DNA of 63,333 bases, counting the filler, from Reclinomonas americana ATCC 50394 (taxonomy: Eukaryota), in the NCBI GenBank assembly GCA_048213135.1. It is 20 parts of 20 records of this genome, joined end to end, with 100 filler letters (N's around TTAATTAATTAA, not from the genome) between each part and the next. Parts side by side here need not be neighbours in the genome. Positions count along the whole stretch, not along the records: positions 8,815 to 13,300 come from AFZH01020601.1; positions 13,401 to 15,388 come from AFZH01020602.1; positions 15,489 to 17,029 come from AFZH01020603.1; positions 17,130 to 19,832 come from AFZH01020605.1; positions 19,933 to 21,759 come from AFZH01020606.1; 15 more parts are not named here. One strand, 5' to 3'. The notes beneath the pieces were generated by a model. The model was not told where the DNA came from, searched no databases, and worked only from the letters and a program-made list of their open reading frames with translations. The translations under genes and the position numbers were made by a program. Below are positions 11,606-21,859 of this stretch, one piece after another; positions within the stretch are counted from its first letter, which is position 1, and each line of letters starts with the position of its first letter.

Positions 11606-12694
11606 CTACAATTGCAGACGATCGTCGATAGAGCATCGATGAACAACGACCTCGGCATCCTCGACCAAGAAGCAGCGCACCACGATCTCCGCCAAGCACC
11701 GTGGGTTCTCTTCGCCCTCTTCCTGCATCTCGTGCACCGCGCGCAAAGCCGACCGTGTGGCATCCAGTTCCTGTCGTGCGAGGCCAAGCGGCGTGGACCA
11801 CACACGCACAGTCTTGTCGTCGCCTGCACTCACAATCCGCTGTCCATCGGGTGTGACGGCGACAGAACACACCCATCCAGTGTGCCCCTCCAACCGGTGC
11901 ACTTCCTCGCCAGTCGCCAGTGACCACACTCGCACTGTTTCATCGTGGCTCCCACTCACTACGCGCTGTCCATTGGGGATGACGGCAACTGAAGACACCG
12001 TCTTCGTGTGACCCACAATACGGCGCACCTCTTCTCCACTCGCCAGTGACCACACCCGAACAGTCATGTCTCCGCTTCCACTCACCACGTGCTGACCATC
12101 TGGCGTGACGACAACTGAGCTCACCAACCCAGTGTGCCCCTTCAGTCGTCGCACCTGCTTTCCAGTCGCCATCGACCACACACGCAATGTGAAGTCCTGG
12201 AAGCGGCCGCCGCCACTCACAGCATGCAGACAGTCAGGAGTGACAGCAACACACAGCACCGAGTCCGTGTGTCCCTCCATCAAGTGCAATTGTTCTCCCG
12301 TCACCAGCGACCACACTCGCACTGTGGTGTCCTCGCTCCCGCTCACAATGTGCTGGCCATCGAGAGCAACGGCAACAGAGGTCAACCCACCAGAGTGGCC
12401 CACAAACCGTTGCACTTCTTCTCCACTCTCCAGCGACCACACACGCACAGTGCGGTCTAAACCCCCACTGACGATGTGCAGTCCATCGGGAGCGACGGCG
12501 ACAGAGCGCGTCCCTCCAGTCAGCCCCGTCAACCGCCGCACCTCCTCCCCACTCCTCAAGCACCACACACGCACTGTGGTGTCGTCGCCCCCACTCACGA
12601 CGAACTGACCATCGGGAGTGACGGCGACAGAGCGCACCACATCAGTGTGTCCATGCAAGCACTTGCATACGAGAGATGGGCGAGGTGCAGACAT
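11606..12694 (-). CDS. WD40 array copy 3 (A-type tail)
   Basis: Complete intronless ORF with 7 WD repeats and the conserved tail. Confidence 0.93.
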   Translation of the reverse strand: MSAPRPSLVCKCLHGHTDVVRSVAVTPDGQFVVSGGDDTTVRVWCLRSGEEVRRLTGLTGGTRSVAVAPDGLHIVSGGLDRTVRVWSLESGEEVQRFVGHSGGLTSVAVALDGQHIVSGSEDTTVRVWSLVTGEQLHLMEGHTDSVLCVAVTPDCLHAVSGGGRFQDFTLRVWSMATGKQVRRLKGHTGLVSSVVVTPDGQHVVSGSGDMTVRVWSLASGEEVRRIVGHTKTVSSVAVIPNGQRVVSGSHDETVRVWSLATGEEVHRLEGHTGWVCSVAVTPDGQRIVSAGDDKTVRVWSTPLGLARQELDATRSALRAVHEMQEEGEENPRCLAEIVVRCFLVEDAEVVVHRCSIDDRLQL

Positions 12695-12894
12695 GGTGTT
12701 TGCGTGCGCGTGCGAAGAGAAGAGAAGTGGGTTTCGTTGACACAAATTTCATCATCTGTCGTGCCACCACCAACAAGACTGCTGCAGGAATGTTTACTGC
12801 TTACATCTAACAACTGACCTCACGGGGCTATCTTGGACAATGAGAATGCAGAGAAAGGAAGAGAAAACAAGCCCTCAACAAAGCCTTCACTTTT

Positions 12895-13300
12895 CTACAA
12901 ACGGAGGCTGTTGTCGGCGAAGCACCGATGAACGATGACAAAAGCATCCTCGACCAAGAAGCAGCGCAGCACAATCTCCACCAAGCACCGTGGATCCTCT
13001 TCGTCCTCTTCTTGCATCGCCTGCACTGCCTGCATGGCCGACCGTGCAGCATCCAGTTCCTGTCGTGCGAGGCCAAGCGGCGAGGTCCACTTCCGCATTG
13101 TGTTATCTCGACCCCCACTCACAATATGCTGTCCATCGGGAGTGATGACGACTGACGACACCACGCCAGTGTGTCCCTCCAACCGCCACACTTCCTCGCC
13201 ACTTGCCAGTGACCACACTCGCACCGTCTCATCACGGCTCCCACTCACCACGCGCTGTCCATCGGGAGTGATGGTAACAACCATCACTCCCCCGCGGTGA
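12895..13300 (-). CDS. WD40 array copy 4 (B-type tail), 5'-truncated by the gap
   Basis: Last two WD repeats plus tail EEDPRCLVEIVLRCFL...HRCFADNSLRL*. Confidence 0.88.
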
Positions 13301-13400
13301 NNNNNNNNNNNNNNNNNNNNNNNNNNNNNNNNNNNNNNNNNNNNTTAATTAATTAANNNNNNNNNNNNNNNNNNNNNNNNNNNNNNNNNNNNNNNNNNNN

Positions 13401-13627
13401 TACACAGCGCGGCGACTATCGGGAGTGACGGCGACAGCAATCACCCAGTCGGTGCGTCCCCCCAACCGTCGCACCTCCTCCCCACTCCCCAGTGACCACA
13501 CACGCACTCTCATGTCTTCACAGGCACTCACGATGAAGTGGCCGTCGGGTGTGACGGCGACAGAGTTCACCTCGTCGGTGTGTCCATGCAAGCACTTGCA
13601 CACGAAAGGCGGGCGAGGTGCAGACAT
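13401..13627 (-). CDS. WD40 array copy 5, 5' part only (could be the 5' end of copy 4 across the gap)
   Basis: MSAPRPPFVCKCLHGHTDEVNSVAVTPDG..., truncated by the gap. Confidence 0.85.
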
Positions 13628-13868
13628 GGTGTTCGCGAGAAGAGGAAAATGCAAGTTTGGCAAAAATTCATCATCGCCGCCTTCGTCTCTCTCCTTTGCC
13701 ACTCGCCTCCTTCGATTGCCCACCAACAACACTGCAGCAGGAATGTTTATAGTGCTTACAAATAACTCAAGGGGGCCATCTTGAGCCAGGAGAACGGCGC
13801 GAGACAAGATCCAGAGAAAGAGGGACAAGAGAAGTGACACAACGACCCTCAACAAAGCCTTCACTTTT

Positions 13869-14957
13869 CTACAACCGCAGACGATCGTCGATAGAGCATC
13901 GATAAACAACGACCTCGGCATCCTCGACCAAGAAGCAGCGCAGCACGATCTCCACCAAGCACCGTGGGTTTTCTTCACCCGCTTCTTGCATCTCGTGGAC
14001 CGCCTGCAAAGCCAACCGCGTGGCATCCAGTTCCTGCCGTGCGAGGCCAAGCGGCGAGGACCACACGCGAATGGTCTTGTCTCGACCCCCACTCACAATA
14101 TGCTGTCCATCGGGAGTGATGGCGACAGACAGCACTGTGTCAGAGTGCCCCTCCAACCGTAGCACTTCCTCGCCACTCACCAGTGACCACACGCGCACCG
14201 TCCTGTCGTCGCCCCCGCTCACCACGTGTCGACCATCAGGGGTGACGGCAACAGAGTACACTCTCGAAGTACGGCCCACGAACCGTCGCACCTCTTCTCC
14301 CGTCAGCAGTGACCACACCCGAACAGTCATGTCGTTACTTCCACTCACCACATGCTGACCATCGGGCGTTGCAGCAACGGAGCTCACTCCACCGCGGTGA
14401 CCCTTCAACCGTTGCACTTCTTCTCCAGTCCCCATCGACCACACACGTACTGTGTCGTCTGTGAAGACGCCGCCGCCACTCACAGCATGCAGACAGTCGG
14501 GAGTGACAGCAACACACAGCACCGAGTCTGTGTGGCCCTCCAGCCGATGCACCTCCTCTCCACCCTCCACTGACCACACTCGCAAGGTCATGTCAGCACT
14601 CCCGCTGACGATGCGTTGTCCGTCGGGAGTGATGGCGACAGAGCACACCCCATAAGTGTGACCCTCCAATCGTCGCACTTCTTCTCCACTCTGCAGTGAC
14701 CACACTCGCACGGCCTTATAGTCACCCCCACTCACAATGTGTTGTCCATCAGGAGTGACGGCGACAGCACACGCCAGCGAGGTGTGTCCTTCCAACCGTC
14801 GCACTTCCTCCCCACTCCTCATGCACCACACACGCACTGTGGTGTCATGACCGCCGCTCACTAGATGCTGACCGTCGGGAGTGACGGCGACTGAGCGCAC
14901 CACAGCAGTGTGTCCATGTAAGCACTTGCACGTGAGGGACGGGCGAGGTGGGGACAT
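13869..14957 (-). CDS. WD40 array copy 6
   Basis: Complete 362-aa intronless ORF, 7 WD repeats plus tail. Confidence 0.93.
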   Translation of the reverse strand: MSPPRPSLTCKCLHGHTAVVRSVAVTPDGQHLVSGGHDTTVRVWCMRSGEEVRRLEGHTSLACAVAVTPDGQHIVSGGDYKAVRVWSLQSGEEVRRLEGHTYGVCSVAITPDGQRIVSGSADMTLRVWSVEGGEEVHRLEGHTDSVLCVAVTPDCLHAVSGGGVFTDDTVRVWSMGTGEEVQRLKGHRGGVSSVAATPDGQHVVSGSNDMTVRVWSLLTGEEVRRFVGRTSRVYSVAVTPDGRHVVSGGDDRTVRVWSLVSGEEVLRLEGHSDTVLSVAITPDGQHIVSGGRDKTIRVWSSPLGLARQELDATRLALQAVHEMQEAGEENPRCLVEIVLRCFLVEDAEVVVYRCSIDDRLRL

Positions 14958-15159
14958 GGTGTTTGCGCGCTTGCAGAGAAGAGTGTGTGAGATAGTGGTT
15001 TCGTCAACAAAATTTCATCATCTCCGCCTCGCTGTGCCACGGCAGGAAACCCAGCAACAAGACAGCTGCCAGGAATGTTTACAGTGCTTACATTTAACGA
15101 GTGAACTCACGGGGCCATCTTGAGCAAGGAGAACGGCGCGAGACAAGATAGAGACAGAG

Positions 15160-15388
<229 letters not shown>

Positions 15389-15630
15389 NNNNNNNNNNNN
15401 NNNNNNNNNNNNNNNNNNNNNNNNNNNNNNNNTTAATTAATTAANNNNNNNNNNNNNNNNNNNNNNNNNNNNNNNNNNNNNNNNNNNNCGCGTAAGCGTA
15501 CGTACGTACGTACGACGTACGTAGTAGTAGAGAGAGAGAGAAGAGAGTAGAGTAGAGAGAGAAAGAGAAAGAGAGAGAGAGAGAGAGAGAAGAGACGAGA
15601 GGAGAGGAGAAGCGACACAACGACAGTTTT

Positions 15631-16719
15631 CTACAACCGAAGACCGTCGTCGATAGAGCACCGATAGACAACGACCTCGGCATCCTCGACCAAGAAGCAG
15701 CGCACCACAATCTCCGCCAAGCACCGTGGGTTCTCTTCGCCCTCTTCTTGCATCTCGTGCACTGCCTGCAAAGCCGACCGTGCAACATCGAGTTCCTGTC
15801 GTGCGAGGCCAAGCGGCGAGGACCACACACGCACAGTCTTGTCGTCGCCTGCACTCACAATCCGCTGCCCATCGGGAGTGATGGCGACAGACAGCACCGT
15901 GCCAGAGTGCCCCTCCAACCGTAGCACTTCTTCGCCACTCACCAGTGACCACACGTGCACTGTCTCATCGTTGCCCCCACTGACCACGCGCTGTCCATTG
16001 GGGGTGACGGCAACTGAATACACCGTCTTCGCATGACCCACAATACGGCGCACCTCTTCTCCACTCGCCAGTGACCACACGCGCACGGTCTTGTCCAAAC
16101 TCCCACTCACCACATGCTGACCATCGGGCGTGACGGCAACAGACCACACGGCGTAGGTGTGTCCCTTCAGCCGTCGCACTTCTTCTCCAGTCGCCATGGA
16201 CCACACACGCACTGTGAAGTCCTGCAACATGCCGCTGCCACTCACAACATGGTGGCCATCGGGTGTGATGGCGACACACAGCACCGTGCATAAATGGCCC
16301 TCAAACCGTCCCACCTCCTCTCCCGTCACCAGCGACCACACACGCACAGTCTCATCAGCGCTACCACTGACGATGTGCTGTCCGTCGGGAGTGACGGCAA
16401 CAGACCACACACCGTCAGTGTGTCCCTCCAATTGTCGCACTTCTTCTCCACCCTCCAATGACCACACACGCAATGTGCAGTCATCACTTCCACTCACCAC
16501 AAATCGACCATTAGGTGTGACGGCAACCGATCGCACCACGTCTGTGTGTCCCTCCAACCGTCGCACTTCCTGTCCACTCCTCATGCACCACACAAGCACA
16601 GTGTTGTCACGACTGCCACTCACCACGTGCTGGCCGTCGGGAGTAATGGCGATGGACAACACCTTACTTGTGTGTCCGCTCCAGCACCTACACACGAAAG
16701 ACGGGCGAGGTGAAGACAT
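15631..16719 (-). CDS. WD40 array copy 7
   Basis: Complete intronless ORF from MSSPRPSF, 7 WD repeats plus A-type tail. Confidence 0.93.
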   Translation of the reverse strand: MSSPRPSFVCRCWSGHTSKVLSIAITPDGQHVVSGSRDNTVLVWCMRSGQEVRRLEGHTDVVRSVAVTPNGRFVVSGSDDCTLRVWSLEGGEEVRQLEGHTDGVWSVAVTPDGQHIVSGSADETVRVWSLVTGEEVGRFEGHLCTVLCVAITPDGHHVVSGSGMLQDFTVRVWSMATGEEVRRLKGHTYAVWSVAVTPDGQHVVSGSLDKTVRVWSLASGEEVRRIVGHAKTVYSVAVTPNGQRVVSGGNDETVHVWSLVSGEEVLRLEGHSGTVLSVAITPDGQRIVSAGDDKTVRVWSSPLGLARQELDVARSALQAVHEMQEEGEENPRCLAEIVVRCFLVEDAEVVVYRCSIDDGLRL

Positions 16720-16951
16720 GGTGTTTGCGTGCACGGGCGAAGAGAAGAGATGAGTGTGAGTTTGGCACAAAAATTCCGTCGTCTCCTTGACCGTTCTCCT
16801 CCTTCGATTGACGGCATCAAGCCCACCAAACCACTGCCGCGTGACTATATTTACTGCTTACAGATAACAAGTGACCTCAAGGGGCCATCCTGAGCAATGA
16901 GACAAAATAGAGACAGAGAGACAGAGAGAAGCAGAGAGGGAGGGAGGGAGG

Positions 16952-17014
<63 letters not shown>

Positions 17015-17129
17015 GACACACCGACCTACNNNNNNNNNNNNNNNNNNNNNNNNNNNNNNNNNNNNNNNNNNNNTTAATTAATTAANNNNNNNNNNNNNNN
17101 NNNNNNNNNNNNNNNNNNNNNNNNNNNNN

Positions 17130-17394
17130 CCAGAGACCACACTCGCACTGTCTTGTCGCCGCTGCCACTGACGATGTGCTGTCCGTCTGGAGTGACGGCA
17201 ACCGACCGCACCAGGTCGGTGCGCCCCCCCAATCGTCGCACTACATCTCCACTCACCAGTGACCACACACGCACAGTCGTATCTTCACTGGCACTCACAA
17301 TGACGTGGCCATCGGGCGTGACGGCGACAGAGTTCACCTCGGCACTATGTCCATGCAAGCACTTGCATACGAGAGATGGGCGAGGTGCAGACAT
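17130..17394 (-). CDS. WD40 array copy 8, 5' part only
   Basis: MSAPRPSLVCKCLHGHSAEVNSVAVTPDG..., two repeats and then the gap. Confidence 0.87.
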
Positions 17395-17635
17395 GGTGTT
17401 TGCCTGCGCGTGCAAAGAGAAGAGAAGTGGGTTTCGTTCGGCACAAAAATTCATCCTCATTTTTGCGCATGCCATTCTCCTCGTTGGAGGACATCAAGCC
17501 AACCAACAACAATGCAGCAGTAATGTTTATAGTGCTTACAAATAACAAGTGAACTCAAGGGGCTATCTTGAACAATGGGAATGGCACAAGACAATCGAGA
17601 GATACAGAAAAACACGCCTCTCAACCACTGCCCTA

Positions 17636-18718
17636 TCAACTAAGGCTGTCGTCGGCGAAGCACCGACGCACAACGACCTCGGCATCCTCGACCAAGAAGC
17701 AGCGCACCACAATCTCCACCAAGCACCGTGGATCCCCTTCGCCCTCTTCTTGCATGTCGTGCACCGCGCGCAAAGCCGACCGTGCAGTATCGAGTTCCTG
17801 CCAGGCGAGGCCAAGCGGCGAGGACCACACACGCACTGTTCTGTCGCCTGCACTCACGATCCGCTGTCCATCGGGAGTGACGACGACAGACCTCACCCAT
17901 CCAGTGTGCCCCTCCAACCGGTACACTTCCTCGCCACTCGCAAGTGACCACACTCGCACCGTCCTGTCGCCGCCCCCACTCACCACGTGTTGACCATCAG
18001 GGGTGACGGCGACAGAGTTCACGCCCGAACTGTGACCCACAAACCGTCGCACCTCCTCTCCTGTCGTCAGTGACCACACCCGTACAGTCATGTCGTTACT
18101 TCCACTCACCACATGCTGACCATCGGGCGTGACGACAACAATGCTCACCGCCCATGGGTGTCCCTTCAGCCGTCGCACTTCTTCTCCAGTCCCCATCGAC
18201 CACACGCGCACTGTGAAGTCCTGCAAGATGCCGCTGCCACTCACAACATGGTGACCATCGGGTGTGATGGCGACAGACAGCACCAAGTCCGTGTGGCCCT
18301 CCAACCGTCGCACTTCCTGTCCAGTCGCCAGTGACCACACACGCACTGTCTTATCACCGCTGCCACTGACGATGTGTTGTCCGTCGGGAGCGATGGCGAC
18401 AGACCACACGTAGTCAGTGTGTCCCTCCAATCGTCGCACCTCCTCCCCACTCTCCAGCGACCACACACGCACTGTCTTGTCAAAGCCTCTGCTCACAATG
18501 TGGCGACCATCGGGAGTGACGGCGACAGAGCGCGTCCCTCCAATCTGCCCCGCCAACCGTCGCACTTCGTCCCCACTCATTACGCACCACACGCGCACAG
18601 TTTTGTCGTCACTGGCACTCACGATGAAGTGGCCATTGGGCGTGACGGCGACAGAGTTTATCACTCCAGTGTGTCCCAACAAGCACTTGCACGTGAGGGA
18701 CGGGCGAGGTGAGGACAT
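17636..18718 (-). CDS. WD40 array copy 9 (terminal copy)
   Basis: ATG at 18718 (MSSPRPSLTCKC) by homology with the other copies. 7 WD repeats plus tail ending RRCFADDSLS*. Confidence 0.92.
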   Translation of the reverse strand: MSSPRPSLTCKCLLGHTGVINSVAVTPNGHFIVSASDDKTVRVWCVMSGDEVRRLAGQIGGTRSVAVTPDGRHIVSRGFDKTVRVWSLESGEEVRRLEGHTDYVWSVAIAPDGQHIVSGSGDKTVRVWSLATGQEVRRLEGHTDLVLSVAITPDGHHVVSGSGILQDFTVRVWSMGTGEEVRRLKGHPWAVSIVVVTPDGQHVVSGSNDMTVRVWSLTTGEEVRRFVGHSSGVNSVAVTPDGQHVVSGGGDRTVRVWSLASGEEVYRLEGHTGWVRSVVVTPDGQRIVSAGDRTVRVWSSPLGLAWQELDTARSALRAVHDMQEEGEGDPRCLVEIVVRCFLVEDAEVVVRRCFADDSLS

Positions 18719-18913
18719 GGTGGTTGCATGCGCGGGCGAAGAGAGTGAGTGTGTGTGTGAGAGAGGGAGAGAGCAACACGCGCGTGACAGGATCCGCGAC
18801 AGGGGTTGTCCTATTCCGCTTCCCGCCAAAAACTTATCCGACGGAGAATCACACGCGCTCCTTCTTCCCTCTCCTCCCTGCCGCCCTTTTCCTCCTCCTC
18901 CCTTTCTCCTACC

Positions 18914-19810
18914 ATGATCTCCCCCAGCGCACCTTCCAACACACAACCAGCCTCGGTCATTGCGCACCATCACACCATCGCCGCACTCAGCGAAAACGCC
19001 GCCTCCAGCGCCCTCGCGCTCTCCATTCTCCGCGTGCCACACGCGCGCATCGAGACCGCCTCTCTCGCCACCACGGCCATGTCCGCGTGCGTGACATTGC
19101 CCGCGCCCAACATGGACAACCTTGTCGCCTTTGCCGACGCGCACAACACACTCCACGTGTGGCGCCTCTCCACTGACATTGACAAGTGCCGCCCTGTGTG
19201 CCACTCCCTGCGACCAATTGCTGCATCAGTCATTGGCCTGTCGATGAGCAACGACGGTCAAAGTGTGTACGTGGTCTCCAGTGACAAGCGCTCGTTCGAG
19301 CTGGCACGGTGGAATGTTCGTATTTTCGCAGCAGGAGGAAGGTTCCACAATGAATAAGCCGGAATGGACACAGACTGCGTTGGCGGCCTCGTCGGTGCTG
19401 GTCAACAAGACGGGCAAGTTTGTGTTTACGGGTTCGCCGACTGGCGAGGTGCAAGTGTGGCGTACGTCGGATGGAGGTCATGTGCGCACGAATCGTGGGA
19501 ATGCGGGCCAGGTGACGTGTCTGGCACTGGCGCAGGAAGGGACGCAGCTGGTGTCGGGATGCTCGCGATGTTTGCTGTGTGTGTATCGGGTGAAGGATGG
19601 GCAGTTGATGAATACGGTGACGACCGAGTCGCCGGTGCGCGCGGTGACGGTGGATGTGAATGGGGTGAATTTGGTGACGGGGCATGAGGATGGCAGTGTG
19701 CGGGTGTGGGATTATGCGAGGATGGCGCGTACGTTGGTGTTTGTGGGGCATGGTGGGCCGGTGACGAGGGTGGAGAGTCGGGGGGTGTATGCGGTGGCCT
19801 CGTCGTTTGG
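18914..19810 (+). CDS. Divergent WD40 protein transcribed head-to-head with the array; frame change near 19316-19331; 3'-partial
   Basis: Degenerate WD repeats NTLHVWRL, TGSPTGEVQVWRT, TGHEDGSVRVWDY, VGHGGPV. Split over two frames. Confidence 0.7.
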
Positions 19811-19932
19811 TGAGCGAGAAGGGGGAAGGGAGNNNNNNNNNNNNNNNNNNNNNNNNNNNNNNNNNNNNNNNNNNNNTTAATTAATTAANNNNNNNNNNNN
19901 NNNNNNNNNNNNNNNNNNNNNNNNNNNNNNNN

Positions 19933-21759
19933 TCGCAGAACAACTTCGTCGAGAGGCTGGAGTGTTGGCTCCAGAGCATGTCCGGCGGCAACGTCGAGTA
20001 GGCCATTGAACTTGAGCAGCACCGCAAACACGGCTCGCACTGCATCGTCCACTGCATCGGTTCCGTGCTGCGAAGAAAATAAAAAAATCAGAGACATAGC
20101 AAGCGACATGGCTGGAAGAGGAGGACTACCTTGGGAGATCTGTCGGGATCCGCAGCTTCCAGGGCGACCACACACTTTCCACCAAGGTCCTCACACTGCA
20201 ACAGTGCCGCGATAAATTCGTCCTGGTCTGTCTTGCGGTAGCCTGCAAATGGCGTCGAACGCTCGTGCTGGTTTTCATGTGCGTGCGTGAGGAAACGAAA
20301 AATACGCACATCTGAGCAGCTCGGGAACCGCACCAGCTCAGTCTCGAGACCATGGCGGAAATAGGCTGCATCCAACCACTTGCCGCACGTCAGCTCGTCA
20401 CTCGAGAGTGGCACCGACAACATGAGAAGCTTCACGACGCGACCACAAAGAGCGGCCATCATGCGCTCCAGTTCCGTAACCCAGCGCACACCACTGTTCG
20501 CTGGTCCCGCGGCATCGCGAGCACTGCACTCATTCGTCGAATGAGAGTTCACGGAGAGCTAAACACATACACCAGCAGGTACGCCGCACCGCTCCAGGCA
20601 TCGGAACAGCTGCAGCAGAGGATCCCAGAGAAGTTGCGCCACGTCGGCAGTGAGCGACGCGGTCAGCAGTCCGGCCACCAGCGGACGCAGGAGCACGCTG
20701 TGGAACGAAAAAATGTGTACGTGAGGAATACAGTCCTTCGCCCTGCTGAGCAACATCAGGTGGTACATGACGCACCCAACAAGCCCGTCCTTCAGGGGCG
20801 CCACATCGGCGACAGATGCCTCCAGCACCTCGGCCGATCGAGTGAACACGCTTAGTGCATGTGTCACCAGTGTGCCGGAGACGTCGAGAGGATCTGCTGC
20901 GTGGCTTGCCAGCCACACAGCCTGCGTGCTGCGTATGCTCATTCCAAGTTAGTCGTTGACTCGCAGTCGCCCGCAATCAAGACGTGCCGATCGACACGAA
21001 ACTGCGACAAGAGCAACAGCAATTGCTGCTGCACGTCGGCTGCCAGATGCTGGTGCGTCAAGTAGTCCGCCAGCTACCCCCCCGAAAACAACATCGTGAG
21101 CAACGAGAAAATGTTCTTTTTGAATGTGCGCTATGAGAGAAAGAAAGAGTACCGACACGGACGGCGACGCATTGGACAACGCCATTGCACCCGAGTAGCC
21201 TTCGAATTGTCGCAACAGGGCACGCAGTAGAAAGTCGTCCGATTCGCGACCAGAAGCGTCGGCGCCAGCAAGCAATCTGGAAAGAACACAATGAGCGCGC
21301 GTGAAGTAATGATAATCGTGGTGCAGAGGGGAGGGAGACACTCACCGGTACAGCGACTGCACACGATCAGACTGCGAGGGGAAAAAGAGAGGAAAGCCAG
21401 CCAACACTGCGTCCTTGGCTGCTGCCTTGCACTTGCTCCCGACACGCTCCACCGACGAGTCAATGATGCCGGTGCACACGTCAAGGAGCGCCACTCGCAC
21501 AGTCTTTTGTGTGCCGTCTACGTCGTTACAGTAAACATCTGACGGAGAGTGCGAACATTGCAAGCGGACCGCAAATACGAACCACGATCGACGACTGACT
21601 CGTCCAGTCCCACGTCAGACGCGAGGAGATTCAGCTCCGCCAATCGCGCCAGGTTCACGCTCAGCAACTGCAGACCCATGTGGAGACTGCAGCGGGCGAC
21701 CAAGTCGTCAACGCAACCAGCGCACTCTTGCAGCAGTCTGTATGTCTTGAGCGCTCGTG
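19933..21759 (-). CDS. Giant HECTD4/HERC-like E3 ligase, internal helical region (partial, multi-exon); probably continues the gene at 21860-24706
   Basis: Motifs ELTCGKWLDAAYFRHGLE and VDDAVRAVFAVLLKFNGL recall helical segments of HERC2/HECTD4-like giants. No HECT domain is visible. Confidence 0.5.
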
Positions 21760-21859
21760 NNNNNNNNNNNNNNNNNNNNNNNNNNNNNNNNNNNNNNNNN
21801 NNNTTAATTAATTAANNNNNNNNNNNNNNNNNNNNNNNNNNNNNNNNNNNNNNNNNNNN

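Noticed and set aside
18719..19204. N-terminal extension of the 522-aa ORF 17636-19204
   Set aside because: It is the antisense of the divergent WD40 gene plus the spacer. Homology with the other copies places the start at 18718.
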